Below, piece by piece: positions 37,860-45,794 of a stretch of DNA of 64,000 nt. The notes under the pieces are model-generated. The model had not been told where the DNA came from and did no database searches. It was given only the letters and a program-made list of their open reading frames with translations. Location: assembly GCA_023665365.1 (NCBI GenBank), contig JAMPEA010000003.1:26321-90320 (forward strand), given 5' to 3'. Position numbers and translations under genes: made by a program. The stretch is from Bacillota bacterium (lineage in GTDB: Bacteria; Bacillota; Clostridia; Christensenellales; CAG-917). The stretch's first letter is position 1, and every line of letters starts with the position of its first letter.

Positions 37860-38581
37860 GCGAAATGAACGAAAATTCGATTAAGGAGCTTATAGACAGC
37901 TTTATCGCGTACCGCAACTTGATTGCGCCCTTGCAGGACAGTTTGAACTCTGTCGGCAAGGCGTACGAGGAGATCAGAAGCGACCTCGACAACCTCGCAA
38001 AGAGCTTTTCGGGCAATGCGGCGAGTCAGCTTGAAAAGGTGCATGCCACGCTCAATGCGCAGGCGAAAAGCGGACAGGAGCTTACAAGACGCATAGAGGA
38101 GTATGCCGCGTCGGGCGAGAAGTACGCGCAGTCGGTTGAAAAAATGTCGTCGAGTTTCGCAGAGGTCGTCAACAGGATAGATTCGCTAAGCGAAATCGAA
38201 AAGAGCGCGCAGGCACAGCTTGCGAGGATAGACGCGCTCATCGCTGACAAACGCTCGTCGTACAACCTCAAAGAACTGCAAAAATCGCTTGACGGCTACA
38301 ACGTGAACGTCGAAAAAATCAGCGCGTTTATCAACAAGGATATAGCGTCCGTTTTGAAGCAGAACGCCGATAAAATCGAGGCAATTCGCAAGGAAAATCA
38401 AGAGCTGTCCGCGGCGGTCGCCGAGCAGGGCAAGGACATAGCTACGCTCATTGCGGAGTTTTCCGCTACGTCCGCGCTCCTCAAAAAGCTGGTCGAGGGC
38501 AGTACGGTCAACGAGGAGTATCTCTTTGACGCGTTCGACAAATGGGCGGCGGACAGAAAGGTGAAAATTAAGAAAAAATAA
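37856..38581 (+). CDS. Coiled-coil protein of unknown function
   Basis: 241 aa, almost entirely helical with heptad-like character (Ala/Glu/Lys/Ser/Leu-rich), no TM helix and no catalytic motif. The start overlaps the helicase stop (ATGA). Confidence 0.6.
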   Translation: MSEMNENSIKELIDSFIAYRNLIAPLQDSLNSVGKAYEEIRSDLDNLAKSFSGNAASQLEKVHATLNAQAKSGQELTRRIEEYAASGEKYAQSVEKMSSSFAEVVNRIDSLSEIEKSAQAQLARIDALIADKRSSYNLKELQKSLDGYNVNVEKISAFINKDIASVLKQNADKIEAIRKENQELSAAVAEQGKDIATLIAEFSATSALLKKLVEGSTVNEEYLFDAFDKWAADRKVKIKKK

Positions 38582-38773
38582 CCGTCTTTCATACGCTAAG
38601 GCGCGTAAAAAATAGTCTTTGCGGTGCTTTTTCGCCTTATGTCACTTGATATAGCGCTGCTATACCGGCAATCCATAAGACAAAAAATCGCGCGCAAATC
38701 CTTACTTTTAACCCACCGGCGCATGTAATCCGATTATAAATAGAACAAAATAGTTAGCAACTTATATAAGATT

Positions 38774-40900
38774 ATGGCAACGATAGAATTCGAGTTATTT
38801 AAAGCCGTCAAAAAGGACGATATAAAGGCGTTTGAAGGCTTGATGGAAAGGGCTCAGTGCGGCGCGTACCGACTGGGCAGATTTCCCGTGCTGTCGCTTT
38901 TGTATCTTTATAAGTCGCGCAAAATACTTGCCGAATACGAGGAGAATTTTTTGAAAATCTCCGCCTACGAGGAGCTGCGCGAGCCAATCGAGGTGTCGAA
39001 CAGGTTTTCAAAAAAGGCGGGCAAGTGTCTTAGGCTTTATCTCGACGAGGTAGTATCTCCGCTTGAAATGCTCCTCATTTTGGATAGGACTACGCATTTG
39101 AAGCGCGTGTTCCCAATAGCAAAGCCGTCGTCGGCAATCAGAGGCAGACTGAAAGCTATATATTCCATAAAGTACGCGCTCGGGGTGAGGTTCGCAGGGG
39201 ATGGCATATCGCTCGACAGACGACCGCTAAGCTATCGTGAAAAGAAAAAGTTGTCCACGATATGTATAAGCGCGATTTTGATTATAGCGATTGCAATCGG
39301 CGTACCCGTGACCACCGTCTCGCTTTTGCCGAAGTCTGAGGAAGGCATAGTAAAGACGTTCGAAGATATAAAATTCGGCGAAGATACGCAGTTTACGTTG
39401 AAAAACGACGTGCGCGTGCCCGAGCACTTCGTCGCCGAAAAGATGAACTGCTCGATTGCAGGCAACGGCAAAAAACTCGTTTTAGGCAAGGGCGCGTCGC
39501 TCGGAGAACTCAACGGCACGCTGTCCGATATGACGATAGAAAGCGCGGGCAACCCGATATTCACGTCGTTGACCGTTGCCGCAGAGATAAAAAATGTGAC
39601 GATAAACGTCACCGCCGATGTCACGACGACGGACAGCAGTGCGTTCGTTGCGCTGACAAACTACGGCTTAATTGACGGCGTAACCGTCAATATCAGCGGC
39701 AGTATCAACGCGCTTGCAAAGGCGGATAACGTCGATAACGAAAACCCTGCGGAGCTCGCGTTCGGCGGAATCGTGCAACATAATCACTATAAATACAACA
39801 ATCTCACTGGACAGATTTACAGGAGAGGCGCTGTCACCGATTGCACGGTGAATTACTCCGACTTTACGCTAAGCGGCGAGTCTGCGGCAAACGCGACGTT
39901 CGGCGGAGTAGTCGGACTAAACGATGGATATTTGGAGGATTGCACCGTAAACGGCGAAATAATCGCAGATACCTTTGACTTGGCGGGATTATGCGCTACT
40001 AATAATTTTGGCGTGGTGAATAACGTAAACAACGCAAATCTCGCGCAGACCTCGGCGGGCGAGTGGTATCCCAACACTGCGGGAATAGTCTTAAACAACG
40101 CGTATGGCGTGGAAAACTGCACGAATAACGGCAACGTCTCGGCAATCTCGACCTATGAAATAAGCGGCGAAAACACGGATGAACTCGACACCCGCGACGC
40201 AATAGTTGCAGGAATTGCCTGCATAAATACAAGTCAGATAAGCAAATGCACAAACTTAGGCAACGTCACCGCAAAGGCAAAGGGCATAGCGTACGGCGGA
40301 GGAATATCCGCGCGGTCGTATTCGCGCATAGCGTACTGCTCGTCAAGCGGAAATATCTCGGCAGACGCGCGGACGGTGTACGCAGGCGGAATAATCGCAA
40401 ATAGCGAAGTGACTACTTCCGGACCGTACGTGTACTTCGGCACTGCGGAGTATTGCATAAGCGATGCGACGATAAGCGCTATCGCGCTCGACGACGCGTA
40501 CGTGGGAGGCATTGCGGGTTGCCTCAACGAGCGAGCGTTTACGCAACAGTCCTACGACGAAAACAGAAATCCCGTAGAAACCACCGTTTATTTCGGCGGC
40601 GGTGTGACGAACTGCTATTTTATAGGAGAAAGCGCGTTTGCGGATTTCGGCGCAATCGTAGGCGTGTGCGGCGCAAACATTTACAAAACCAATTCGTACA
40701 GTTCCACTTCGGGCGAGAATTATAAAAATTTGAACGAAAACTTCTATCTGAATAAATTTTCAAAAGCAATCGGGGCGATAGTGAATTCGGACGGCGAATT
40801 TGCCACTGCCGCAGATAAGGGCGCGACCGCGGCAAGCCTCGAATATATCCAAAATTCCGAATATTACAAAGCCATTTTGAGTGAGCTTGCAAGCGATTAG
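38774..40900 (+). CDS. Single-pass membrane protein with extracytoplasmic GLUG-motif repeat (beta-helix-like) domain
   Basis: 708 aa. About 160 aa form an N-terminal helical cytoplasmic domain, followed by a TM helix (LSTICISAILIIAIAIGVPVTTVSLL). At least 8 GLUG-like repeats follow (FGGVVGLNDGYLEDCTVNGEI, AGIVLNNAYGVENCTNNGNVS, VAGIACINTSQISKCTNLGNVTA, YVGGIAGCLNE...). Confidence 0.7.
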   Translation: MATIEFELFKAVKKDDIKAFEGLMERAQCGAYRLGRFPVLSLLYLYKSRKILAEYEENFLKISAYEELREPIEVSNRFSKKAGKCLRLYLDEVVSPLEMLLILDRTTHLKRVFPIAKPSSAIRGRLKAIYSIKYALGVRFAGDGISLDRRPLSYREKKKLSTICISAILIIAIAIGVPVTTVSLLPKSEEGIVKTFEDIKFGEDTQFTLKNDVRVPEHFVAEKMNCSIAGNGKKLVLGKGASLGELNGTLSDMTIESAGNPIFTSLTVAAEIKNVTINVTADVTTTDSSAFVALTNYGLIDGVTVNISGSINALAKADNVDNENPAELAFGGIVQHNHYKYNNLTGQIYRRGAVTDCTVNYSDFTLSGESAANATFGGVVGLNDGYLEDCTVNGEIIADTFDLAGLCATNNFGVVNNVNNANLAQTSAGEWYPNTAGIVLNNAYGVENCTNNGNVSAISTYEISGENTDELDTRDAIVAGIACINTSQISKCTNLGNVTAKAKGIAYGGGISARSYSRIAYCSSSGNISADARTVYAGGIIANSEVTTSGPYVYFGTAEYCISDATISAIALDDAYVGGIAGCLNERAFTQQSYDENRNPVETTVYFGGGVTNCYFIGESAFADFGAIVGVCGANIYKTNSYSSTSGENYKNLNENFYLNKFSKAIGAIVNSDGEFATAADKGATAASLEYIQNSEYYKAILSELASD
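40874..40895 (+). repeat. Direct repeat A, copy 1 (3' end of the GLUG gene)
   Basis: ATTTTGAGTGAGCTTGCAAGCG, identical to 42881-42902. With the three preceding bases, 24/25 positions match. Confidence 0.9.
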
Positions 40901-40920
40901 TCGAAATCAATTCTGCCGAG
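40899..40920 (+). repeat. Direct repeat B, copy 1
   Basis: AGTCGAAATCAATTCTGCCGAG, identical to 42413-42434. The preceding AGCGAT(T)AGTC is also similar. Confidence 0.9.
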
Positions 40921-40940
40921 TATAAATAAATAATCATCGC

Positions 40941-40969
40941 TTGACATATATGAGATGACAAATTATAAT
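40941..40969 (+). promoter_or_regulatory. Perfect-consensus SigA promoter upstream of the cassette ATPase gene
   Basis: TTGACA at 40941-40946, an exactly 17-nt spacer, then TATAAT at 40964-40969. Confidence 0.6.
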
Positions 40970-41058
40970 ATAGAAAAGTATAAATTTTTAAAGTAAATTT
41001 TATTAGAAAAGTGTATTTTTACTATAATTAGTTAATAGTAAAAGTGTTGAGGTGATTG

Positions 41059-42402
41059 ATGCTATATCGTAAAATAGAAAGTTATATAGAAAATTTTTTG
41101 CAGTCGGAAACCAACAAGGTGCTTGTTGTAGACGGAGCGCGGCAGATTGGCAAAACGTATATAATCAGACATGTTGGGAAAAAGTTATTTTCAAACTTTA
41201 TAGAAATAAATCTTCTTCAAGATTATTTGAGCGATAAGCTATTTGCAAATACAAAAACCGTCGATGATTTTTATTTGCAGATGAGTATGATTGCAGGAGA
41301 TAGGATGAAAGACAAAGAAAACACTTTGATTTTCCTTGATGAAATTCAGGCATATCCTCATCTTTTGACGCTTTTGAAATTTTTAAAACAGGATGACAAG
41401 TTCACTTATATATCAAGCGGTTCTTTACTGGGCGTTACGCTTTCAAAGACGACTTCGATACCTATCGGAAGCATTGAAGTTAAACATATGTTCCCTTTGG
41501 ATTTTGAGGAATTTCTTATTGCAAACGGATTTAGCGCGTTTGCGATACAAGGTCTTTATAACAAGTTTGTAAATTTGCAAAGTTTGGATGAGCCTATTCA
41601 TGCAAAACTTATGGATTTATTCAAGAAATATCTTTTAGTAGGCGGCTTGCCTGATGCGGTAAATTCATATTTGGCAGATAAAAACATTGTGAACGTCAGA
41701 ACTATTCAAAACGAAATTCACGAGTATTATGCAATGGATGCCTCTAAATACGACAGCTCGAATAGACTGAAAATACGTAGAATTTACGATATGATTCCGT
41801 CAACTTTGGAAAATAAAAAGAAGCGAATCGTAGTACAGAATATCGAAGAAAAGAAGGGCAAACGTTACTGCGATTATAGAGATGAGTTTGATTATCTTAT
41901 AAATTCCGGAATTGCGCTTGACGTGAATGCAATTTCCACACCTGTTTTTCCTTTGATTGAATCAAGCGGAAAAAATCTTTTGAAATTATATCTTAACGAC
42001 GTAGGAATTTTGACAAATATTCTATATCATCATAACGTGCGAGCGATATTAGACGACCAAAGAAGTATCAATCTTGGCACGGTTTATGAATCCGTTGTGG
42101 CTTCCGAATTAAAGGCACACGGTTTTAAACTTTTCTATTATGATAACAAAGCGAAAGGAGAGGTTGATTATTTGATTGACGATTATGACGAACTATCGGT
42201 CGTTCCAATCGAGGTAAAGTCCGGAAAAGATTACACGGTTCACAGCGCGTTAAATCACTTTATGAAAACTGACGAATATAAAATTAAGAAAGCATACGTT
42301 TTATCCAACGAGAGACAAATCATGGTCAAAAACAAAATTATATATATGCCCATCTATTTCGTAATGTTTTTCGGCTGGGAAAACGTTAATGCGCAGCAGT
42401 AG
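41059..42402 (+). CDS. AAA ATPase, AAA_14 + DUF4143 family with PD-(D/E)xK-like C-terminal motif
   Basis: The ATG at 41059 follows GAGGTG, whereas the track starts one codon earlier at TTG. Walker A is GARQIGKTYII and Walker B is LIFLDEIQ. The C-terminus reads GEVDYLIDD...VPIEVKSGKDY. The gene is strongly AT-rich. Confidence 0.8.
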   Translation: MLYRKIESYIENFLQSETNKVLVVDGARQIGKTYIIRHVGKKLFSNFIEINLLQDYLSDKLFANTKTVDDFYLQMSMIAGDRMKDKENTLIFLDEIQAYPHLLTLLKFLKQDDKFTYISSGSLLGVTLSKTTSIPIGSIEVKHMFPLDFEEFLIANGFSAFAIQGLYNKFVNLQSLDEPIHAKLMDLFKKYLLVGGLPDAVNSYLADKNIVNVRTIQNEIHEYYAMDASKYDSSNRLKIRRIYDMIPSTLENKKKRIVVQNIEEKKGKRYCDYRDEFDYLINSGIALDVNAISTPVFPLIESSGKNLLKLYLNDVGILTNILYHHNVRAILDDQRSINLGTVYESVVASELKAHGFKLFYYDNKAKGEVDYLIDDYDELSVVPIEVKSGKDYTVHSALNHFMKTDEYKIKKAYVLSNERQIMVKNKIIYMPIYFVMFFGWENVNAQQ

Positions 42403-42410
42403 AGCGATAG

Positions 42411-42854
42411 TCAGTCGAAATCAATTCTGCCGAGCACGAAATCAATAGAGCAATCAAGAGCTTTTGCAAGTTTTATGACGTTATCCATTGTGGGCTTGTT
42501 TTTCCCTTTTTGCCAATAATACATTGTGGATTTTGAGATCTCGGTCAATTTTTGCAACTTATATCTGCTTATTTTAAAACGGTCTAATAAGTATAAGAAC
42601 TGTTTGCTAAACGGCGGGTACTCGTGATATGTTTTATCTTTATAGTTATCCTCAAATCCCAGCAAATAGTCCACGGAACAATCGAAATAATCCGCTATTT
42701 TTACGGCGACCTCAATGTCGGGTGTTTGTTTTTCCAATAAATATCTGGAAATAGTAGAACTTCCCAATCCTAACTTTTCCGAAAGCTCGGACTGCTTTAA
42801 ATCATTCTCAATCAATAGTTCTTTTAGCGTATAAACAAAATTCGATAAATACAT
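42411..42854 (-). CDS. XRE-family regulator with two tandem HTH_3 domains
   Basis: 147 aa. HTH 1 is LKQSELSEKLGLGSSTISRYLLEKQTPDIEVAVKIADYFDCSVDYLLG. HTH 2 is ISRYKLQKLTEISKSTMYYWQKGKNKPTMDNVIKLAKALDCSIDFVLG. It is convergent with the ATPase gene. Confidence 0.8.
   Translation of the reverse strand: MYLSNFVYTLKELLIENDLKQSELSEKLGLGSSTISRYLLEKQTPDIEVAVKIADYFDCSVDYLLGFEDNYKDKTYHEYPPFSKQFLYLLDRFKISRYKLQKLTEISKSTMYYWQKGKNKPTMDNVIKLAKALDCSIDFVLGRIDFD
42413..42434 (+). repeat. Direct repeat B, copy 2 (covers the last codons of the dual-HTH XRE gene)
   Basis: AGTCGAAATCAATTCTGCCGAG encodes ...GRIDFD on the minus strand. Confidence 0.9.
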
Positions 42855-42880
42855 TTTTTAATTCCATAAAATGTAATGCT

Positions 42881-42902
42881 ATTTTGAGTGAGCTTGCAAG
42901 CG
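42881..42902 (+). repeat. Direct repeat A, copy 2 (upstream of the dual-HTH XRE gene)
   Basis: ATTTTGAGTGAGCTTGCAAGCG. Confidence 0.9.
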
Positions 42903-42916
42903 TTGCCTTGTGATTT

Positions 42917-42949
42917 GGGGTCCCCGCAAAACGTCCCTGTTTTGTGGGG
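42917..42949 (+). repeat. R1 repeat family hairpin (best copy)
   Basis: GGGGTCCCCGCAAAACGTCCCTGTTTTGTGGGG forms an 11-bp stem (CCCCGCAAAAC/GTTTTGTGGGG, one G-U) with loop GTCCCT. It lies between the XRE cassette and the trkH stop. Confidence 0.85.
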
Positions 42950-42965
42950 TAAATTTGCGCCGATT

Positions 42966-44438
42966 TTATATCCGAGTCCACGATTTAGGCGAGAACATAA
43001 GCAATATCGGCAAAATTTCAAGTCGTCCGAGGAGCATGTCGAGCGATAACACAATCTTCGAGAACGCTCCGTAACCCGCGAAGTTGCCCGCAGGTCCTAC
43101 TGCGCCGAGCCCCGGTCCTATATTGTTAAAGCAGGATATGACCGCGGTGAAATTCGCCTCGAATATGCTTCCCGAAAGATTGGGCGTTTCGATTGATACG
43201 AGCAGGGTGGAGAGCGCAATCAAGATGACGTACAAAATAAAGAAGTTCTTTACGGACGTTATCGTTTCCTCGCCGACGGGCTTTTTGTCTATCTTTATCG
43301 CGTAGACCGAGCGGGGCGAGAGGGTTTTTCTGAGGTTCATAAAGGATGATTTTGATATTATCATAAGCCTTGACACTTTCATTCCGCCCGAGGTCGAGCC
43401 TGCCGAGCCGCCTATCATCATAACTCCGAGCAGTATGACCTGCGACAGCGTAGACCAGCCTGTGAAATCCGCCGTGCCGAAGCCCGTAGTGGACATGACC
43501 GAGGCTATGTTGAAACTGCTGTATCTAAGCGCTTCGCCCACGCTTGCGTAGGTATGTCGCAGGCACAAATCTAGCGTCACGGCGAATAAGGCGACGAAGT
43601 ATATGATAAACATACAGCGGAGTTCCTCGCTTTTAATCGCCTTTGTGAATTGTCCGATGAGTATCATAAAATAGATGTTGAAGTTGACTGAAAAGATAAT
43701 CATAAAGATTGTCAAAACGACCTCTATGCTTATCGAGTTATATGCCGCAATACTTGCGTTTTTCACGGAAAAACCGCCTGTTGACGCCGTCGAAAACGCG
43801 TGGCAGAAGCTGTCGAAAACGGGCATCTTGCAGGCGCAGAGGATAACTACGAGCAAAAGCGTCAGCGCAATGTATATCGCATACAGTATGCGCGAGGTGA
43901 AGCGCAGTTTGCTTACAAGTTTTCCGAACTGCGGTCCGGGGATTTCCGCTTTGGCGAGCGCGGTTGACATTTTGTCGCTGCTGGGGAGTATGGCTATTGC
44001 AAACACGAGTACGCCCATTCCGCCGAGCCACTGCGTGAGCGCGCGCCAAAACAGCAGGGATTTGGGCATAATTTCCACGTTTGTGAGGATGCTCGAACCA
44101 GTCGTTGTGAAGCCCGATATAGTCTCAAACAGTGCGTCTACGTAGCTCGGAATTGCGCCCGATATACAGTAGGGCATCGCGCCTATGAGCGAGATGATTA
44201 TCCATACGAGTCCGCATATGGCAAAGCCGCTTGACGGACGCAGGTCGCGCTTATCCTTTGGCGGGCGCAGGGCAAGCCCGATGCCGCCGAGCGCGACGCA
44301 GACCGCTATCGCTATGCCGTACGCCGCTATGGTGTGACTCTCGTGATAGCCGAGCGCCATAAAGAGCGGGATGCACATAAGCGCTCCCATAAGCACACAT
44401 ATTTCTCCGAATACAAATGCGATAAGTCGATAATTCAT
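42966..44438 (-). CDS. trkH: Potassium uptake protein TrkH (Trk/Ktr family membrane subunit)
   Basis: 490 aa and polytopic, with repeated selectivity-filter-like motifs (SGFTTTGSS, STASTGGFS, MSTTGFGTAD, GGSAGSTSGGMK). Confidence 0.9.
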   Translation of the reverse strand: MNYRLIAFVFGEICVLMGALMCIPLFMALGYHESHTIAAYGIAIAVCVALGGIGLALRPPKDKRDLRPSSGFAICGLVWIIISLIGAMPYCISGAIPSYVDALFETISGFTTTGSSILTNVEIMPKSLLFWRALTQWLGGMGVLVFAIAILPSSDKMSTALAKAEIPGPQFGKLVSKLRFTSRILYAIYIALTLLLVVILCACKMPVFDSFCHAFSTASTGGFSVKNASIAAYNSISIEVVLTIFMIIFSVNFNIYFMILIGQFTKAIKSEELRCMFIIYFVALFAVTLDLCLRHTYASVGEALRYSSFNIASVMSTTGFGTADFTGWSTLSQVILLGVMMIGGSAGSTSGGMKVSRLMIISKSSFMNLRKTLSPRSVYAIKIDKKPVGEETITSVKNFFILYVILIALSTLLVSIETPNLSGSIFEANFTAVISCFNNIGPGLGAVGPAGNFAGYGAFSKIVLSLDMLLGRLEILPILLMFSPKSWTRI

Positions 44439-44441
44439 AGC

Positions 44442-45794
44442 TTACAAATCAAGTATATCGTTGAGGTTTGCCAACGTAGTATCTTTGGTGACGATAATCA
44501 CGTTGTCGTCTTTTTCGATTGTGTCCTGTCCGGACGGGGTGATAAGCGTGCCGCCGCGAATTATGCCCGCAACGAGCAGGTGTTTTTTGAGCTCCATATC
44601 TCTGATTGCAACGCCGAATTTTTTGAAGCTGTCCGTCGCGCGGAATTCCAAAACTTCGGTCGTGTGGTCGATAATCTGAAATATGCGCTGGACGGATTCG
44701 CTTTCCTTGTTGCCGATGATGCGAACGAAGCGGATAATTTGGTCGGCGGTGGAGTTCTTTGTGGATACTGCGCTGTAAATGCCGCTTTTTTGCAACATAT
44801 CGTAGTAGCTGAGTTGGTCTATCTTTGTGATGACCTTCGGTACGTCGTGGGAGGCGGCGAACATACTCATAATGATATTTTGCTCGTCGAGACTGCTCAA
44901 CGCGACGAACGCGTCGGTGTGGTCAAGCCCCTCGTCAATCAAAAGCTGTTGGTCGGTGCCGTCGCCGCAGAGTATTTCAGTCTTATCCAAAACCTCCGCA
45001 AGAGAGGTGCATCTCTTCTTATTTTTTTCGATGACTTTTGCGTGTATTCCCGCGCGTTCGAGCTGTTCGCAGAGATAGAACGCCGTGCGCGAGCCGCCTA
45101 CAATCATAACGTTGCGCGCTTGTTTATTCCACCCGAGTTGCTTGAAGAACGCGGTGATATTTCTCGTAGTCGCGGTGAGGAATAGCCTGTCCTCCGCCTC
45201 TATCGCAAAATTGCCCGTGGGAATGATTGCCTTGCCGTCGCGCTGAACCGCGCATATAAGCACCTTGGCTTTAAACGACTTGCCGAGGTCTTTAAGCGAT
45301 ATTCCGACGAGAGGGGAGTTTTCGTCTACGCGGAACTCCACCAGCTCGACCTTGCCTCTGCTGAAATTGTTGACGGTGATTGCCGAGGGGAAGCGGAGCA
45401 TTCGGCTGATTTCCATTGCCGCTTCGTACTGCGGGTTGACCATAAGGCTAAGCCCCAAATCGCCCTCGTTTTTGAAAAGTTCGAGATATTCGGGCTTGGA
45501 AGCTCGCGCAATCGTCTTTTTTACGCCGAGCTTGTTTGCTATGATACAGCAAAGTATATTCAACTCGTCGTCGGAGGTGGACGCGATAAGCAAATCCGCA
45601 GAGCCTACGCGCGCTTCCTTTAAAACCTCGCTGCTTGCGCAGTTGCCTATGACTCCCTTGACGTCGCAGGAGTTGATTGCGTCTTCGATTTTTTGGCTGT
45701 TTGAGTCGATGACTACTATGTTGTGACCCTCTTTCGAGAGCTGGTTCATAAGCGTAGTGCCGACCGAGCCGAGACCTGAAATGATGATATCCAT
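44442..45794 (-). CDS. trkA: Trk system potassium uptake protein TrkA (two RCK modules)
   Basis: 450 aa with two Rossmann starts (MDIIISGLGSVGTTL, VMIVGGSRTAFYL), each followed by an RCK_C-like domain. It lies immediately upstream of trkH. Confidence 0.92.
   Translation of the reverse strand: MDIIISGLGSVGTTLMNQLSKEGHNIVVIDSNSQKIEDAINSCDVKGVIGNCASSEVLKEARVGSADLLIASTSDDELNILCCIIANKLGVKKTIARASKPEYLELFKNEGDLGLSLMVNPQYEAAMEISRMLRFPSAITVNNFSRGKVELVEFRVDENSPLVGISLKDLGKSFKAKVLICAVQRDGKAIIPTGNFAIEAEDRLFLTATTRNITAFFKQLGWNKQARNVMIVGGSRTAFYLCEQLERAGIHAKVIEKNKKRCTSLAEVLDKTEILCGDGTDQQLLIDEGLDHTDAFVALSSLDEQNIIMSMFAASHDVPKVITKIDQLSYYDMLQKSGIYSAVSTKNSTADQIIRFVRIIGNKESESVQRIFQIIDHTTEVLEFRATDSFKKFGVAIRDMELKKHLLVAGIIRGGTLITPSGQDTIEKDDNVIIVTKDTTLANLNDILDL

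Larger units (their letters stand above)
40896..42902. mobile_element. Putative integrated 2.0-kb cassette (AAA ATPase + dual-HTH XRE) bounded by 22-bp direct repeats; no recombinase
   Basis: ATTTTGAGTGAGCTTGCAAGCG occurs at 40874-40895 and at 42881-42902. A second 22-bp direct repeat pair (40899-40920 and 42413-42434) brackets only the ATPase gene. The interior is AT-rich. Deleting the segment restores an in-frame GLUG-gene end (...ILSELASVAL*). Confidence 0.45.
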
